A DNA stretch of 64,000 nucleotides from Candidatus Peregrinibacteria bacterium CG1_02_54_53 (GTDB lineage: Bacteria > Patescibacteriota > Gracilibacteria > Peribacterales > Peribacteraceae): the NCBI GenBank assembly GCA_001872575.1, contig MNWP01000006.1, forward strand, positions 10,679-74,678, written 5' to 3'. The notes beneath the pieces were generated by a model. The model was given only the letters and a program-made list of their open reading frames with translations. It was not told where the DNA came from and did not search any database. How positions within the stretch are numbered: the first letter of the stretch is position 1; each line of letters begins with the position of its first letter. The position numbers and the translations under genes are program-made. Positions 39,613 through 50,315 of this stretch are shown here, in pieces.

Positions 39613-39645
39613 CATGTTTCATGTTTACATTCATTCACTCAATAG
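39602..39645 (+). pseudogene. 5' remnant of a second GIY-YIG gene
   Basis: atggcaagccacatgtttcatgtttacatt (MASHMFHVYI) parallels the start at 39108 and is cut off at the convergent gene. Confidence 0.6.
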
Positions 39646-41021
39646 CTCAGATCATCCAATAACAGGTACTGCTCGCCGTTCTGTTCCGCAATTTCTTTGC
39701 GTTCGCGGTATTTCTCAATGAGAGGAGCAGACAACTCAAGCACGCGCAGCAGAGGCTCCACATTTTCTCTATATTGCGCAGAGATAGCTGGAGGACGGAT
39801 TTCAAAGGGAATGGTTTCAATAGGAGTGAGTGTGCTGTCTGGGTTGAGTTGCAGAAGGTGGAAGTCCCCGGATTGCATTGGATGTAATTGATTTTCGTAC
39901 CAGAAGGATCGCAGTGCTTCTCGAATACCCGTTTGTTCAATGGCATTGAAGGACTCTACCTTAATGACACGCCTAAAGTGCAGGAAAGCAGCATCAGGAT
40001 CTTCGAAGAGGAATGCAAATATTCGGGTATTCTGCTCGCGTGGGCCGGTCATTGCCTCAATGGTTTGCACAGGGAATCCTTGTTTTTGTTTCAAGAGTGC
40101 GATGGAACCGAAAGGAATATTGGTCTCTCCGTTGAAAAAGCTCTGTTGCAGGATGATTTTTCCCGACAGTGTGTGATAGGCATGATCGGTAAAATTCGAC
40201 GAGAGTATTTCGTAGGCTCCGGTACGCAGGTGATACCGCACTGTCCCCCAGTGATTGCGATCAAGTACACTGAAGAGAAGCGTCTGATTGTCGATGAAAA
40301 ACGGCGAAAAGTGGAGTTGCTCAGAATCGAATGAGGGGGCAGAAAGTGTGCGACTGTCCCAGCTGAGCGTATCAATAAGTGTAATGCGTGAAAGCGTGTT
40401 ATGGCTTAAGAGAGCAAGGGACATTTCTGTCGGAGAAAGAACGATTGTGTGTTGCATAGGGATACCCAACCTTTCAAAAAGTTGTTCTGGCGAATACCAT
40501 TCTTCCCTCGCCGGAAGGGAGATATTTTCGATTTCTCCACATTCAGAATATCGAACATGAAGATGTGGATGATCCTCTTCGTCCGTAAGGAAGTAGACAA
40601 AGTTGGTATCACGACTGAGGTACACGAGTGGACTATTCTCTTCGTCCGTAAGCAGCTTGTAGTTGTACGGAGATCCCATATCTTGTACATGTGCCTGGTT
40701 GCCAGAACCGATGAGCGTTGCTCTCGGCGAAACAAGGCGAAGTTCTGTGGAATACTCGTTGCTACTTTGCAGTATTTTTCTTGAGTACACCAGTCCTGTT
40801 CTAAACGTATGAGTGGCATAGACGTCCTGGTCAGTGCCTTTCCGAAAGAGCAATGCCTGCAATGTTACTTTAGCCCGGATTTCATTTGGATCGTTGACAG
40901 GCTGCATCAGTGATGAAATCAGAACGAACGTTGAATATGCGAAAGCGCACAAAAGAACAACACATACGATCACATGTTTCCAGGTGCGGAACACGGCCAA
41001 GATGTATGGGGGCACACGCAT
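39639..41021 (-). CDS. Hypothetical membrane-anchored beta-rich protein
   Basis: N-terminal TM; 460 aa. Confidence 0.75.
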   Translation of the reverse strand: MRVPPYILAVFRTWKHVIVCVVLLCAFAYSTFVLISSLMQPVNDPNEIRAKVTLQALLFRKGTDQDVYATHTFRTGLVYSRKILQSSNEYSTELRLVSPRATLIGSGNQAHVQDMGSPYNYKLLTDEENSPLVYLSRDTNFVYFLTDEEDHPHLHVRYSECGEIENISLPAREEWYSPEQLFERLGIPMQHTIVLSPTEMSLALLSHNTLSRITLIDTLSWDSRTLSAPSFDSEQLHFSPFFIDNQTLLFSVLDRNHWGTVRYHLRTGAYEILSSNFTDHAYHTLSGKIILQQSFFNGETNIPFGSIALLKQKQGFPVQTIEAMTGPREQNTRIFAFLFEDPDAAFLHFRRVIKVESFNAIEQTGIREALRSFWYENQLHPMQSGDFHLLQLNPDSTLTPIETIPFEIRPPAISAQYRENVEPLLRVLELSAPLIEKYRERKEIAEQNGEQYLLLDDLSY

Positions 41022-41025
41022 GGAA

Positions 41026-43866
41026 TTATGTATTTGTTGCAGAAAATCCCTCCGGATCGGTGAGACGTATTTCAGGTGGAATAACAGTATTGTCTGCAGA
41101 TTTTTTGACCAAGAAAAGAAGAATTCCTTCGACGACGAGAGGATTGTCGTCTTGTTTTATCAGATGTAACCAGCGTTGTCCCTTGTGGAGAGCAACCACG
41201 CCAAGGGAAGTATAACTGAATGTATTGGTGACCGGTGCAATGCTGTTCGGGATGGATTTCGAGACAGTTTCAGGCGTTTCCCCCGAGACATCCACAGGAA
41301 GCTTTTTTCCAAAGGATGCGCTATTGCTCAAGACATAGTGTGTCGGTGAAGAACGGGTATCGAGTGGGACTGAAAATGATTCCTGATGATCGATCTGAAA
41401 CGACAGTCTGTTCATTGTTGTCATTCCCCGGAGGAAAAGCTCATATGTACCAGATTCATTCACCGCGATAGGAAAACGAATCGTGGTTTTCTTTGGTAAG
41501 CCAACAAAAGAAGTGGTTATTGTATCAAATGGGCCAGGGAAGATAATGCTCATAGAATTATATTTGTTCGTTGTCAGGAAATTGAACATGGAGGCCGGAG
41601 TATTAAAGTACTGAGAGCTTGGCACGTGGTCAGCGTTAAATGCGAAACTGGTTGGGTCAGGTCGTACAAATTGTGCCGGATGTGATATGGCGAACCAATC
41701 GAGAAGTGTTTTCTCTCTGTTGTTCGAAAGAACAGTGAGAGAACCTGACGAATGCCTCATTTCGACACTATTGAGGAAACGCATTTTCCACTCTTTGGAG
41801 AAGACGGGATTTCTCTGAAGGCATACGAAAGAGCTCCAGTCGATATCCATAAGTACTTCCTGGGCATCTGGTGATTGTGGATCTATGAATTCATACAATG
41901 CGAAGCTTTCATTTTCTTTGAGTAGCGTAAGGAATTGTGGAAGCTGACGAGGCTGGTTCACAGTGAATCGGCCTACTTGCTGCAGAAATTGGCTGATATC
42001 CGGATTATTCCATTGTAATTCTTTGTTGATGATGAGGTAGTGGATTTTCAGGTTACGAAGCACGTTGATCCAACCCAGATCATTGCGCAATAAAGATTGC
42101 ATCATGAGAAAGAAATAATATTTATTTTGTATCTCGCCAGTGGCACCGGAGTAGTAACTGGGCCGGTTCAGGAAATAGATGTAGAACTTGTCGATGAATT
42201 TATATTCTCCCCCCCCTGGATCCTGCAACGTCCAATTGGCATCACTTGAAGGAAGAACGATGATTCTATCTCTGGGTAACGTACTGAGAACGTCCTTTAT
42301 TTCGCGGATATTATTGAGGTTGTACGGACGAACCAGACCACCGACATCCCCTGAAATAAGCGCGACTCTGTCTTCCCAGTGTGCAAGAAGAGGAACAAAG
42401 AAGAGGAGTGTTAAGAGGCAAGTAAACGTCGTTTTCACTCTCGGTTGCAGACGGGAAGAAATCGGATGGAAACTCTGTCGCAGAGTAATGATGCCGAGTG
42501 GCATCAGGATGCTCACTATTGCAAGATAGATGAATTGGAACCGGTGAGGGAATCTTAGAACATGGATGATTTGAGAAATTATATTTCCTCCAGCCTCCGC
42601 GAGTGGGGATTGCATGAGGTAAAATCGATTGAACAGGGCGGCCAATATTTGATGGAATGTGGGTGCCCATTGAATGCTTGTGTAGCCCAGGCTGCACCAC
42701 ATAGCGAAGAAAAGTGGGCCCGCAATCAATCCGAGAAACAGGCGAATACGATGGTGTGAGCGATCTTGGCAGGGAATGGCGATGAAAAACGGAAGAAAGA
42801 CCACGAGGGAGTAGAAGATTTTTCCATAACGGGGAGTACTCGAGACGTATTGGCCAATCAGATTGTTATCTGAGACGGATCCCAAGCTAAAGGTAAGCTG
42901 GTTCAGTAGGGAAAGGGAGCTTGTTCGAATAGCCTGAAAGGTGTCTGGGACAAGGTCAGAAAGATCGGTAATACCCTGCAGAACAAATGATTTCACGAAT
43001 AACGCATACGGAATGACGGTGAAGAGCAACGTACAGAAAAGAGCTGCCAGCAGACGTTTCCAAATCATCCCTATATCACTCTGCGATGAAGTTGGTTTCC
43101 GCTTTTTTTGACGAGCGACGAGAAGTACGAGAGCAATGCTAACGAATAGCAAAGCAACAGTGATTGGATAGAGAACCAAATAATGGACACCTGGGTTCAG
43201 GAGCATAATCACGCTGGCTGCAAATATTTTTTGAATTGGTCGGCGTTGTTCGACAAAAATTCCTGTCAATAAGAGAACAATGGCAATAGTGAAAACATAG
43301 AAGCCAAGAATTAAGGTGTAAAAGTGTGTGAGTTTTGCCGGGAGCAGGATGAGCTCAATTAATAGTGTGCTGACAGCAGTGCCATGAAGAATGCGCTGCC
43401 ATGAAACATCTGGTATAAGCTTTCGAAGAAACGCGTACACGACGAGGAACGCCAGAAATGCGCCGACGAGAGGAGAAAACACGACGGCAAAAGGCAAAAT
43501 GAGGTAATAGCGCATCCACGTGGTAAGGATGGAGTAGCGCACGCGAAATTCAGGTCCATTTGTGAGTTCGCTGAACTTCCCTCCGGCCTGCTCAAAAAGC
43601 TGCGTAGAAGGGTCGAAGAACGGTACGAGCTCGCTGGTGTTCAATACCGCTTTCCCGGCAAAGATATCGGGAATTTTCACAAGCACTCCACGGAACATGA
43701 AGAGATGGACGCACAGGAATATCAGAAAAACCCATAATATTGATCTACGCTCACGTCGTTTTTCATCAATGGTGATCGCTGTTTCGATCGCGGCATGTTC
43801 TGCCACCGGAACAGCAATTGTCGTATCTGATTCCTGCGTGCCGATCTGAACCGGTTGCTCGTTCAC
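41026..43866 (-). CDS. Large membrane protein, GT-C/AftD-like
   Basis: About 13 TM, LRFPHRF motif, large soluble C-terminal region. Confidence 0.65.
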   Translation of the reverse strand: MNEQPVQIGTQESDTTIAVPVAEHAAIETAITIDEKRRERRSILWVFLIFLCVHLFMFRGVLVKIPDIFAGKAVLNTSELVPFFDPSTQLFEQAGGKFSELTNGPEFRVRYSILTTWMRYYLILPFAVVFSPLVGAFLAFLVVYAFLRKLIPDVSWQRILHGTAVSTLLIELILLPAKLTHFYTLILGFYVFTIAIVLLLTGIFVEQRRPIQKIFAASVIMLLNPGVHYLVLYPITVALLFVSIALVLLVARQKKRKPTSSQSDIGMIWKRLLAALFCTLLFTVIPYALFVKSFVLQGITDLSDLVPDTFQAIRTSSLSLLNQLTFSLGSVSDNNLIGQYVSSTPRYGKIFYSLVVFLPFFIAIPCQDRSHHRIRLFLGLIAGPLFFAMWCSLGYTSIQWAPTFHQILAALFNRFYLMQSPLAEAGGNIISQIIHVLRFPHRFQFIYLAIVSILMPLGIITLRQSFHPISSRLQPRVKTTFTCLLTLLFFVPLLAHWEDRVALISGDVGGLVRPYNLNNIREIKDVLSTLPRDRIIVLPSSDANWTLQDPGGGEYKFIDKFYIYFLNRPSYYSGATGEIQNKYYFFLMMQSLLRNDLGWINVLRNLKIHYLIINKELQWNNPDISQFLQQVGRFTVNQPRQLPQFLTLLKENESFALYEFIDPQSPDAQEVLMDIDWSSFVCLQRNPVFSKEWKMRFLNSVEMRHSSGSLTVLSNNREKTLLDWFAISHPAQFVRPDPTSFAFNADHVPSSQYFNTPASMFNFLTTNKYNSMSIIFPGPFDTITTSFVGLPKKTTIRFPIAVNESGTYELFLRGMTTMNRLSFQIDHQESFSVPLDTRSSPTHYVLSNSASFGKKLPVDVSGETPETVSKSIPNSIAPVTNTFSYTSLGVVALHKGQRWLHLIKQDDNPLVVEGILLFLVKKSADNTVIPPEIRLTDPEGFSATNT

Positions 43867-46337
43867 GATGCGGTGTGGTGATGATTGAAATCAGGCGTTC
43901 TGGCCCTGAGAATGTGATTGAGCTCTGGCGCGGGAAGATCTTCGACGTCCTTCGCAATATCCATGAGCAACTCTTCATTTATTTGCGCGCGGGCCATTAG
44001 GCGTTCTGCCTGTTTTTGCAGATGGTGCCGGACATCAGCAAAATGATTGACGAGTTCTGTATGGAGGGCGAAAAGTTTCTCAGAAGAGAAAGAATCGTCC
44101 AAGGTGATACCCCACGAAGTGCAGTCGATTTCCTCGAGGAATTTTTTCACTTTTACATCGTAAATGAGGGCAACGAAAGGTATGGCATACAAACAGGCGA
44201 GAATAATCGAGTGCAGCCGCATACCCCAGAGCACATCAATGGATGAGTAGATTTCATCTATGCGGTCCATGCCAAACGGCTCTGCGATGCGACAGCGGTG
44301 ACGCTGCCCCACATGCGCGAGCATTTCGTTACTCACAATGATGTCATTGTGGGCATTAAAGCCCGTTTGGAAAGGCAGAAAAAGTGCCGATTGTTTCGGA
44401 TTCATTCCCAAAAAACTATCTATCGCTTTTCCAGTTTCTTGTGTGATGCGTGTGTATTGTTCTGCGTGATCGATATTGAAAACGGGCGCGATTCCCAACA
44501 GGTGTGTCTCTGAAGGTGTCTTGTGCCGATGCGTTGCTGTGTTGAGAAAGGCAAGATCGGCAGCAAGAAACGCATGTGCACGAGGAGCGAATTTGCGACA
44601 GAAATTGTAACTTTCCTGTTCTCGAAAACTTACGGCAGTTGCCAATTGGAGAGTGCGTATCGTGAGAAATCGTGCGGTAAATGTTGAAACATTGCCAATC
44701 CCCACACTAATGAACAGAACGGATTTCTGTAATACACGCCCAAAGAGCGTTAGAAGAAAACACCGGAGCAGGAGTGAATAACGAGCCCTATTCATTGAAC
44801 GTTTCAATAACTTGAATTGATCGCCGCCTCCAACCACGACGATACGGGCCCGAAGGAAGTGTCGCAAAAGAGAAAAAAGCCTTTTGTGGGAGTGCACAGA
44901 GAATACGTGGTGCTGATCTTCGGTGAGTGATGGTTGTGATGACGCTACGGTACAGCGTTCGCGTGGCAGGAGAGACAAGCATTGATGCAGCAGCAGTTCA
45001 TCGCCTGTATTCTGTTGTCCGTATGCTCCAACCAGCAGGATGTCTGTTTGGTGGGTGGTGCGCTCGCGAGAACGTTCGTATGCTCGGATCGTTAATCCAG
45101 CCACCGCATTCCATCGATGCCCCTCCCGAAGATCTCTGAGAGGGCTTGTGAGCGCCTCTCTCTGTAACGGCGTGAGCGAAGAAAACGCATCCAGTTTTTC
45201 TGTGAGAGCGCCACTCTGCAGAGGGAACAGCAAGCCATCGTAGGGCACGAGTGGCCGCAGGGCTTCGGATGCGAGAAACGGTGTCGAACTTCCAATGGCA
45301 TAAGACAGAGGGCCACTCGATGCGAAGCAGAGCCGGTAAGGCAGGACAAGGCAGTCGATCAGCCGGAAGAATGGACCTACGTGCGTATCTTGTACTGCTC
45401 CGTACCAGATGACCCGTCCCGGCACAGTGCGCTCCGCTCGTTGATGGAGATCGTGAACGTAGGAGCTATAGGATGTTTTCCCGTCATGCACATAATTGGG
45501 CATGCCCCCAATAAGCAGAACGCTTTTGGGAAACTTACGTGCATGTTTACCAAATTCATCCAACAGGAACTCGATTCCTTTGTATCCCGTAAAGTACCCA
45601 AAAAATCCAAAAATTGTTCCTGCATCTTGCGGAATATTGAATTGCCGGAATAGAGCATGTTTGTCTCGTGTGGCGACGGAGGCGGTTAGATCTTCCGCGC
45701 CATGTGGAATCACAACAATGTGTTCACTGGGAATATCATATTCTTGTATCAGTGTTTCCTTGAAGAGATTGTCGTGCACGATGATTGACGGCGCAAAAAG
45801 GCCGAGAAGTCGATAGAAAATTACATAACCCCACCGAATGATTATCGGGGGAATGTGTGTGTGATGCATATGGGCAAATGTCCTATCAACCTGATTGGGG
45901 CGGACGACGTGATGCAGTGTGACGACGGGCACAGTGTATCTGCGTACCAATCCGATGAAGAATGGGAAAAGTACCATACTCAATGGTCCGCCGTACAGGT
46001 GCGTTTCGTGTTGAAAATGGACAAGGTCAAAACGCCGACGTCGAATGGCCAGAAGCAACTGGACGAATCCCAGGCTGCTTTTCCTGAAGCATCGCTCAAT
46101 ACGTATGGGAGGCGATGTGAGCGTTTCTGTCGTGGGCGGTGTTGCCTGATCTGAACGTGTATGTTTGCGGTCACTGAGAATGGTAAGGGTCCAGGAAGGC
46201 GGCATCGACGAATAGATTTGCGCTAAGAGGTGCAAAGCATATGCCGTTACTGCATTCATGGAAGTATGCGCTTTCGGTAGCGCGATATGAGGACAGACGT
46301 AGGCAACCTTGAGTGGGTGAGAGGGGGGAGTTTGCAC
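43863..46337 (-). CDS. GT4 glycosyltransferase fused to a polysaccharide pyruvyl transferase
   Basis: IPHG, FFGYFTGYKG, LPY..SSGPL; then GAYGQQNTGDE, GGGD, FREQES, GMRLHS. Confidence 0.88.
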   Translation of the reverse strand: MQTPPSHPLKVAYVCPHIALPKAHTSMNAVTAYALHLLAQIYSSMPPSWTLTILSDRKHTRSDQATPPTTETLTSPPIRIERCFRKSSLGFVQLLLAIRRRRFDLVHFQHETHLYGGPLSMVLFPFFIGLVRRYTVPVVTLHHVVRPNQVDRTFAHMHHTHIPPIIIRWGYVIFYRLLGLFAPSIIVHDNLFKETLIQEYDIPSEHIVVIPHGAEDLTASVATRDKHALFRQFNIPQDAGTIFGFFGYFTGYKGIEFLLDEFGKHARKFPKSVLLIGGMPNYVHDGKTSYSSYVHDLHQRAERTVPGRVIWYGAVQDTHVGPFFRLIDCLVLPYRLCFASSGPLSYAIGSSTPFLASEALRPLVPYDGLLFPLQSGALTEKLDAFSSLTPLQREALTSPLRDLREGHRWNAVAGLTIRAYERSRERTTHQTDILLVGAYGQQNTGDELLLHQCLSLLPRERCTVASSQPSLTEDQHHVFSVHSHKRLFSLLRHFLRARIVVVGGGDQFKLLKRSMNRARYSLLLRCFLLTLFGRVLQKSVLFISVGIGNVSTFTARFLTIRTLQLATAVSFREQESYNFCRKFAPRAHAFLAADLAFLNTATHRHKTPSETHLLGIAPVFNIDHAEQYTRITQETGKAIDSFLGMNPKQSALFLPFQTGFNAHNDIIVSNEMLAHVGQRHRCRIAEPFGMDRIDEIYSSIDVLWGMRLHSIILACLYAIPFVALIYDVKVKKFLEEIDCTSWGITLDDSFSSEKLFALHTELVNHFADVRHHLQKQAERLMARAQINEELLMDIAKDVEDLPAPELNHILRARTPDFNHHHTAS

Positions 46338-46422
46338 GGGTTTTGATGTGAGTGTCTTCTATCAGATTCTACACCATTTTGCGCTTTAATGCAATATTCC
46401 TCAAAGGAGCCGCACGGTGACA

Positions 46423-49400
46423 TCACCGATCCAATGGGGGGAGTGTATTATTCTTCACACGAAAACCAATGGCCCGATAGAGGTCCCCTTTTAGCACAGG
46501 GGTTTGCAGGAGATTACTTGCCGACAGATTCTTCAGTTTGTCGTCGAGGAGCCCCAGTTGTTTGCTCTTCGCGACCAATGCTTCGCCTTCCAGATTTTCT
46601 CCTATGGCAACAGGTAGCAATGCCTGATAGGTGAGGACGCCATCATGATGCTCCAGAAGTTGCGTAACGATGCTGTCATCGGAGGCAGAGAGTGCCTGAT
46701 TGCTATCAATGCTGTAGTTCAGCCTGTCAACGCTGAGAGGGGGCACATGTACACGGGGGATGAGTGAACCAGTCAAGATGAGGTACTGAGTGCCAAGGAG
46801 CAGGAGAGGATCATTACTGATATTGTCGATGGGATAGAGCACCGTTCCCTCACGAATCATTGCCAGCTGAAGTTGACGCAACGGTGTTCCCTCCAATGCA
46901 AAGGGATTCTGATCTGTTGCGAGGCAGTAACTGAGCACGCGGCCAATGGCCTGACCGATAGCTATTTCATTCACGTGGGTGCGATAGAAACTATTGGCGA
47001 TCTGGCTCACCCCGGTATTCAAAGATGCAGGAAAAATATTGGCCCCATTCGCGGGGAGCAGCATGTTCAACGATACTTCTGCAGGTTTGGACAGAGAAAA
47101 GACACTCGCAATTTCAAGAATGCTTGGGAAATTATTCAATAATTGCCTATTTGCCTCGAGAAGAGGAAGTACAGAAGCGTAATACTCCTCGGTTGTATAG
47201 ATCCCATGGAAATCAAGTTGGTACTGCACGGCTGCCAGCGCATCCTCGAACAGGACGGCAGTTTGGTTTTTTGCCACACACCAATCAGGAAAATTCTTAC
47301 CGGTGAAGCAGTCACTTGGGCATTTCTTGTCGGGGCAATATTTTGTATCGATACGAAGGTCTTCCTGTGTAACTATTTTTTTCGAAACGAGCCGTCTGCC
47401 CTCCCGAATGTATGGCTGATTGAAAAAGGGGCTATAGTGGTCCGTAGCAAGCCCAATCACCAGTTGCATACGTTTTGGAGTACAAGTGAAGTGCGAAGGG
47501 TCGCATCCGTATTTCTCAGGTAAAGGTGCAGCAGCATAACGCATCCAATATGCATATGCCGCAGCACGCTCGCGCGATTGTTCAATGAGTTTCGGTGAAT
47601 CGATGTCCGCGACAGATACAGTTTTCAAATCACTTGCGGGAGTGACTACCAGCGTTATTCCCATAGTGTTTTTCCCTATATTAGAGGGAATGAGCCCCAC
47701 AGGTTCGCCCTTGAGTACATTGGCCGGAGAAACAATATTGCGGTGCGTGAAGAGTGAGACGGAGAGAGGATTCTGCTCACTTGTCATCGGAGGGAAGAAG
47801 TCAAAGGTCCAGGTAGTGGACAATGGAGGAATATCTTCAAAGAGATAGAGAAAGCTCTCTTTCTGCTCGGAACCGGTGTGCGTATCAAATTGGATAGGAT
47901 CCTGTCGAATGATGAATGGCCTCTCTAATATGCAAATATCGTTTCCCTCCACATGAGTCCAGGCAAATGTGGTATTGATAGAACCATTCTCCTCACGAAT
48001 CGTAGCCTGTGAGGGACAGGGGGCGTCGTGTGAGAACATGGCTGACCGATACAACCCCGGAGGGAGTGCTGCGAAGGTAGATGAAAGGGGGGGCTGGAGA
48101 GAATTACTGTTTCTTCTGTACACATCGACCGATGGCGAAGGAACTGCGATCATCTGTGCAAAAATATCCGAGGCCCTGATCGTAACGCCCGGAAACAGAA
48201 AGGCCTTGCCGGCATACTCATATTGTTTCGTTCTTCGTATTGTGTGATGGAGAGGTGTGGGGGTGGTAGAAGGTTGAGTGGCGATCGTGAGTGCTTGCTG
48301 CTTGGCAGATCGAATCCAGATATCATAGATGCCGGCAGGGGTGGGCAGAGCTTTAGAGGCATTGTCAGAGAAGTATGTCGATGAGTTTTCAACAGAGTCA
48401 ATAATCAGTTGGACATTACCCCATGGCCTGTCATTCGAGGATGCCAGCCGTAGCTTGTATTTTTTCCCTTTTGCAAGCGAAGAGAGGAACAATGGTTGTA
48501 ATAGTCGATTCTCCATTTGAGTCGAGAAGACTTGAGATTGTATTTTTGTGTTGGAGTCTGCATCGAGAAGCTCCATGGCCCACCAGCGGGATATGGTGTC
48601 GCTGATTGAAGATAGGTAGAGCGCATCTTCGGTCACTGAAAAATCCCACTCATGCACGGGCTGTTTGATGTTTCTGAATGGGGAGTTATATGCCCATTTT
48701 TCGTTCGTGAGCACACGGCTTGATCGGGTGAGGTCGAAAACCTGCGAGCCTGCCGAGACTTTGGTGGGAATAATGACGATCGCCGATGGTTCCAGTTGCT
48801 CCACCGCAAGGTCGGTAAGAGTCATTCCATTCCGCAGTTCAGGAATTTGGATACGGGCGAGAAACGGGCTGAGCTGTTGCATCTCAAGATGGTGACCCCG
48901 GAAGGTGAGTTTCGGTAGGGTTACGGGCAAGCGCTCTCGCGTCATGATCAGAGCCTCTGCTGCATAGGCGGGAAATCCTTTCCACTGAATGCTGCTTCGG
49001 ATGAACGGAGGGCGCAGAACCAGTGCCTGTTCGTGGAGGATGTTTTTTTTCACCAAAATCAATCCTTCGATTTTAGTGGAGGTGCCATGCTGTGCCACGA
49101 GAGAAAACGAGACGGTGCGTCCGGCCTCGATTGGGAATGCCCCGACGCGTGTGTACTGCTCATTGGCAGGAAGTGCGAGGTCAAATGAGAGCGGCAGATC
49201 CTGCCAGAGGGGCGAGGCAGCAAATACTCTTACCGAGCCACCCTGATGCACGAGGTACACGTCAAAGATATCGGAGCTTTCTGTGGTAACGGGGATTTCG
49301 AGTGGGCAGGGAATGTCGGATGACACCAGTACAGAGGCATCTGCAATGGCACTTCCGCTTCCCGCCTTTTTCCAGCACCTTTGCTGTTCTTTTGGAGGAA

Positions 49401-50199
49401 AAAATTCACCGGGGTATCCACGATCCAGCAGAAAAAAAGCCGAGGTCATTGCCTGAGTACGATTTCCCAATCCCCCAATCACCTGTCCCTTTTCGTTTGT
49501 TTCTCCTTCAATAAATCCACGCCGCACTTTATCATGAAGGGCAGAAATCTCTTCTGTGGCGCTCTGTGCATCGATGCCAAGATTGAAAGGAGTTTCTGTC
49601 ATTGCCAGCAGCTTTCCGGTTGTTGTTCCATCAACCAGATAGTGATAGCGAATGCGGATAACATCATGCGTTTGAATATCCCTGAGCAGCGCTTCACTCC
49701 AGAGTCCCCCCTTTTTTCGCACTTCAATGAGCCGTTGTCCTGTCAGGAGATTGATATTCTCGTGCTGCAGTCGGGAACGGAAGAATTCCTCGAAATCATC
49801 GGGGATGCTGGCCGCTCTGCCGACCACTGCTTTGCCCAGACCAACGTTGCTGCCGGTACCGCCTCTTTTCTTTTGAAGAAAGAGAAGAAGATCCCCGTAG
49901 ATTCCATTATCTTCCCAATTTCTTCTTACGTCGTCGAAGGCACTCATGCCTGCTTCGGTTGCCTGCCCTCCCACCGTTTCGCTTTCTGTAGCCAGTACGA
50001 CCTTCGCTCCGTGCTCTGCTGCGGTTATAGCGGCACTTGTGCCGCCGAGGCTGGCACCGTAGATCAAAATGTCAGTCTCTATGGTTGTTGTAACGGGGAT
50101 TCTGTTTCGTATTAGATTAAGACCTACAACGATGCAGGTTGTTGCAATCAGAAGTACCGACAAGATGAGAGCGATTTTTCGAAACATAGCCGCAGACAT
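46423..50199 (-). CDS. Exported FAD-dependent oxidoreductase with a very large internal insertion
   Basis: DILIYGASLGGTSAA, GGQAT, VDGT..G; C-terminal PYIREGRRL, DFH, YRTHVNEIAIGQAIG. Confidence 0.82.
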   Translation of the reverse strand: MSAAMFRKIALILSVLLIATTCIVVGLNLIRNRIPVTTTIETDILIYGASLGGTSAAITAAEHGAKVVLATESETVGGQATEAGMSAFDDVRRNWEDNGIYGDLLLFLQKKRGGTGSNVGLGKAVVGRAASIPDDFEEFFRSRLQHENINLLTGQRLIEVRKKGGLWSEALLRDIQTHDVIRIRYHYLVDGTTTGKLLAMTETPFNLGIDAQSATEEISALHDKVRRGFIEGETNEKGQVIGGLGNRTQAMTSAFFLLDRGYPGEFFPPKEQQRCWKKAGSGSAIADASVLVSSDIPCPLEIPVTTESSDIFDVYLVHQGGSVRVFAASPLWQDLPLSFDLALPANEQYTRVGAFPIEAGRTVSFSLVAQHGTSTKIEGLILVKKNILHEQALVLRPPFIRSSIQWKGFPAYAAEALIMTRERLPVTLPKLTFRGHHLEMQQLSPFLARIQIPELRNGMTLTDLAVEQLEPSAIVIIPTKVSAGSQVFDLTRSSRVLTNEKWAYNSPFRNIKQPVHEWDFSVTEDALYLSSISDTISRWWAMELLDADSNTKIQSQVFSTQMENRLLQPLFLSSLAKGKKYKLRLASSNDRPWGNVQLIIDSVENSSTYFSDNASKALPTPAGIYDIWIRSAKQQALTIATQPSTTPTPLHHTIRRTKQYEYAGKAFLFPGVTIRASDIFAQMIAVPSPSVDVYRRNSNSLQPPLSSTFAALPPGLYRSAMFSHDAPCPSQATIREENGSINTTFAWTHVEGNDICILERPFIIRQDPIQFDTHTGSEQKESFLYLFEDIPPLSTTWTFDFFPPMTSEQNPLSVSLFTHRNIVSPANVLKGEPVGLIPSNIGKNTMGITLVVTPASDLKTVSVADIDSPKLIEQSRERAAAYAYWMRYAAAPLPEKYGCDPSHFTCTPKRMQLVIGLATDHYSPFFNQPYIREGRRLVSKKIVTQEDLRIDTKYCPDKKCPSDCFTGKNFPDWCVAKNQTAVLFEDALAAVQYQLDFHGIYTTEEYYASVLPLLEANRQLLNNFPSILEIASVFSLSKPAEVSLNMLLPANGANIFPASLNTGVSQIANSFYRTHVNEIAIGQAIGRVLSYCLATDQNPFALEGTPLRQLQLAMIREGTVLYPIDNISNDPLLLLGTQYLILTGSLIPRVHVPPLSVDRLNYSIDSNQALSASDDSIVTQLLEHHDGVLTYQALLPVAIGENLEGEALVAKSKQLGLLDDKLKNLSASNLLQTPVLKGDLYRAIGFRVKNNTLPPLDR

Positions 50200-50315
50200 C
50201 AGATTACCAGTAACTTCTAATAGTTACCATTTATGGACTGATTGAACGCATTTTCCCTCATCACAACGAGACGGTAAACCCTCGCATTCTCTCAACCAAT
50301 AACACGGTAGTGAGG

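Noticed and set aside
47700-49400. Intein within the FAD oxidoreductase
   Set aside because: No recognisable intein N-terminal block, His-Asn C-terminus or LAGLIDADG motif.
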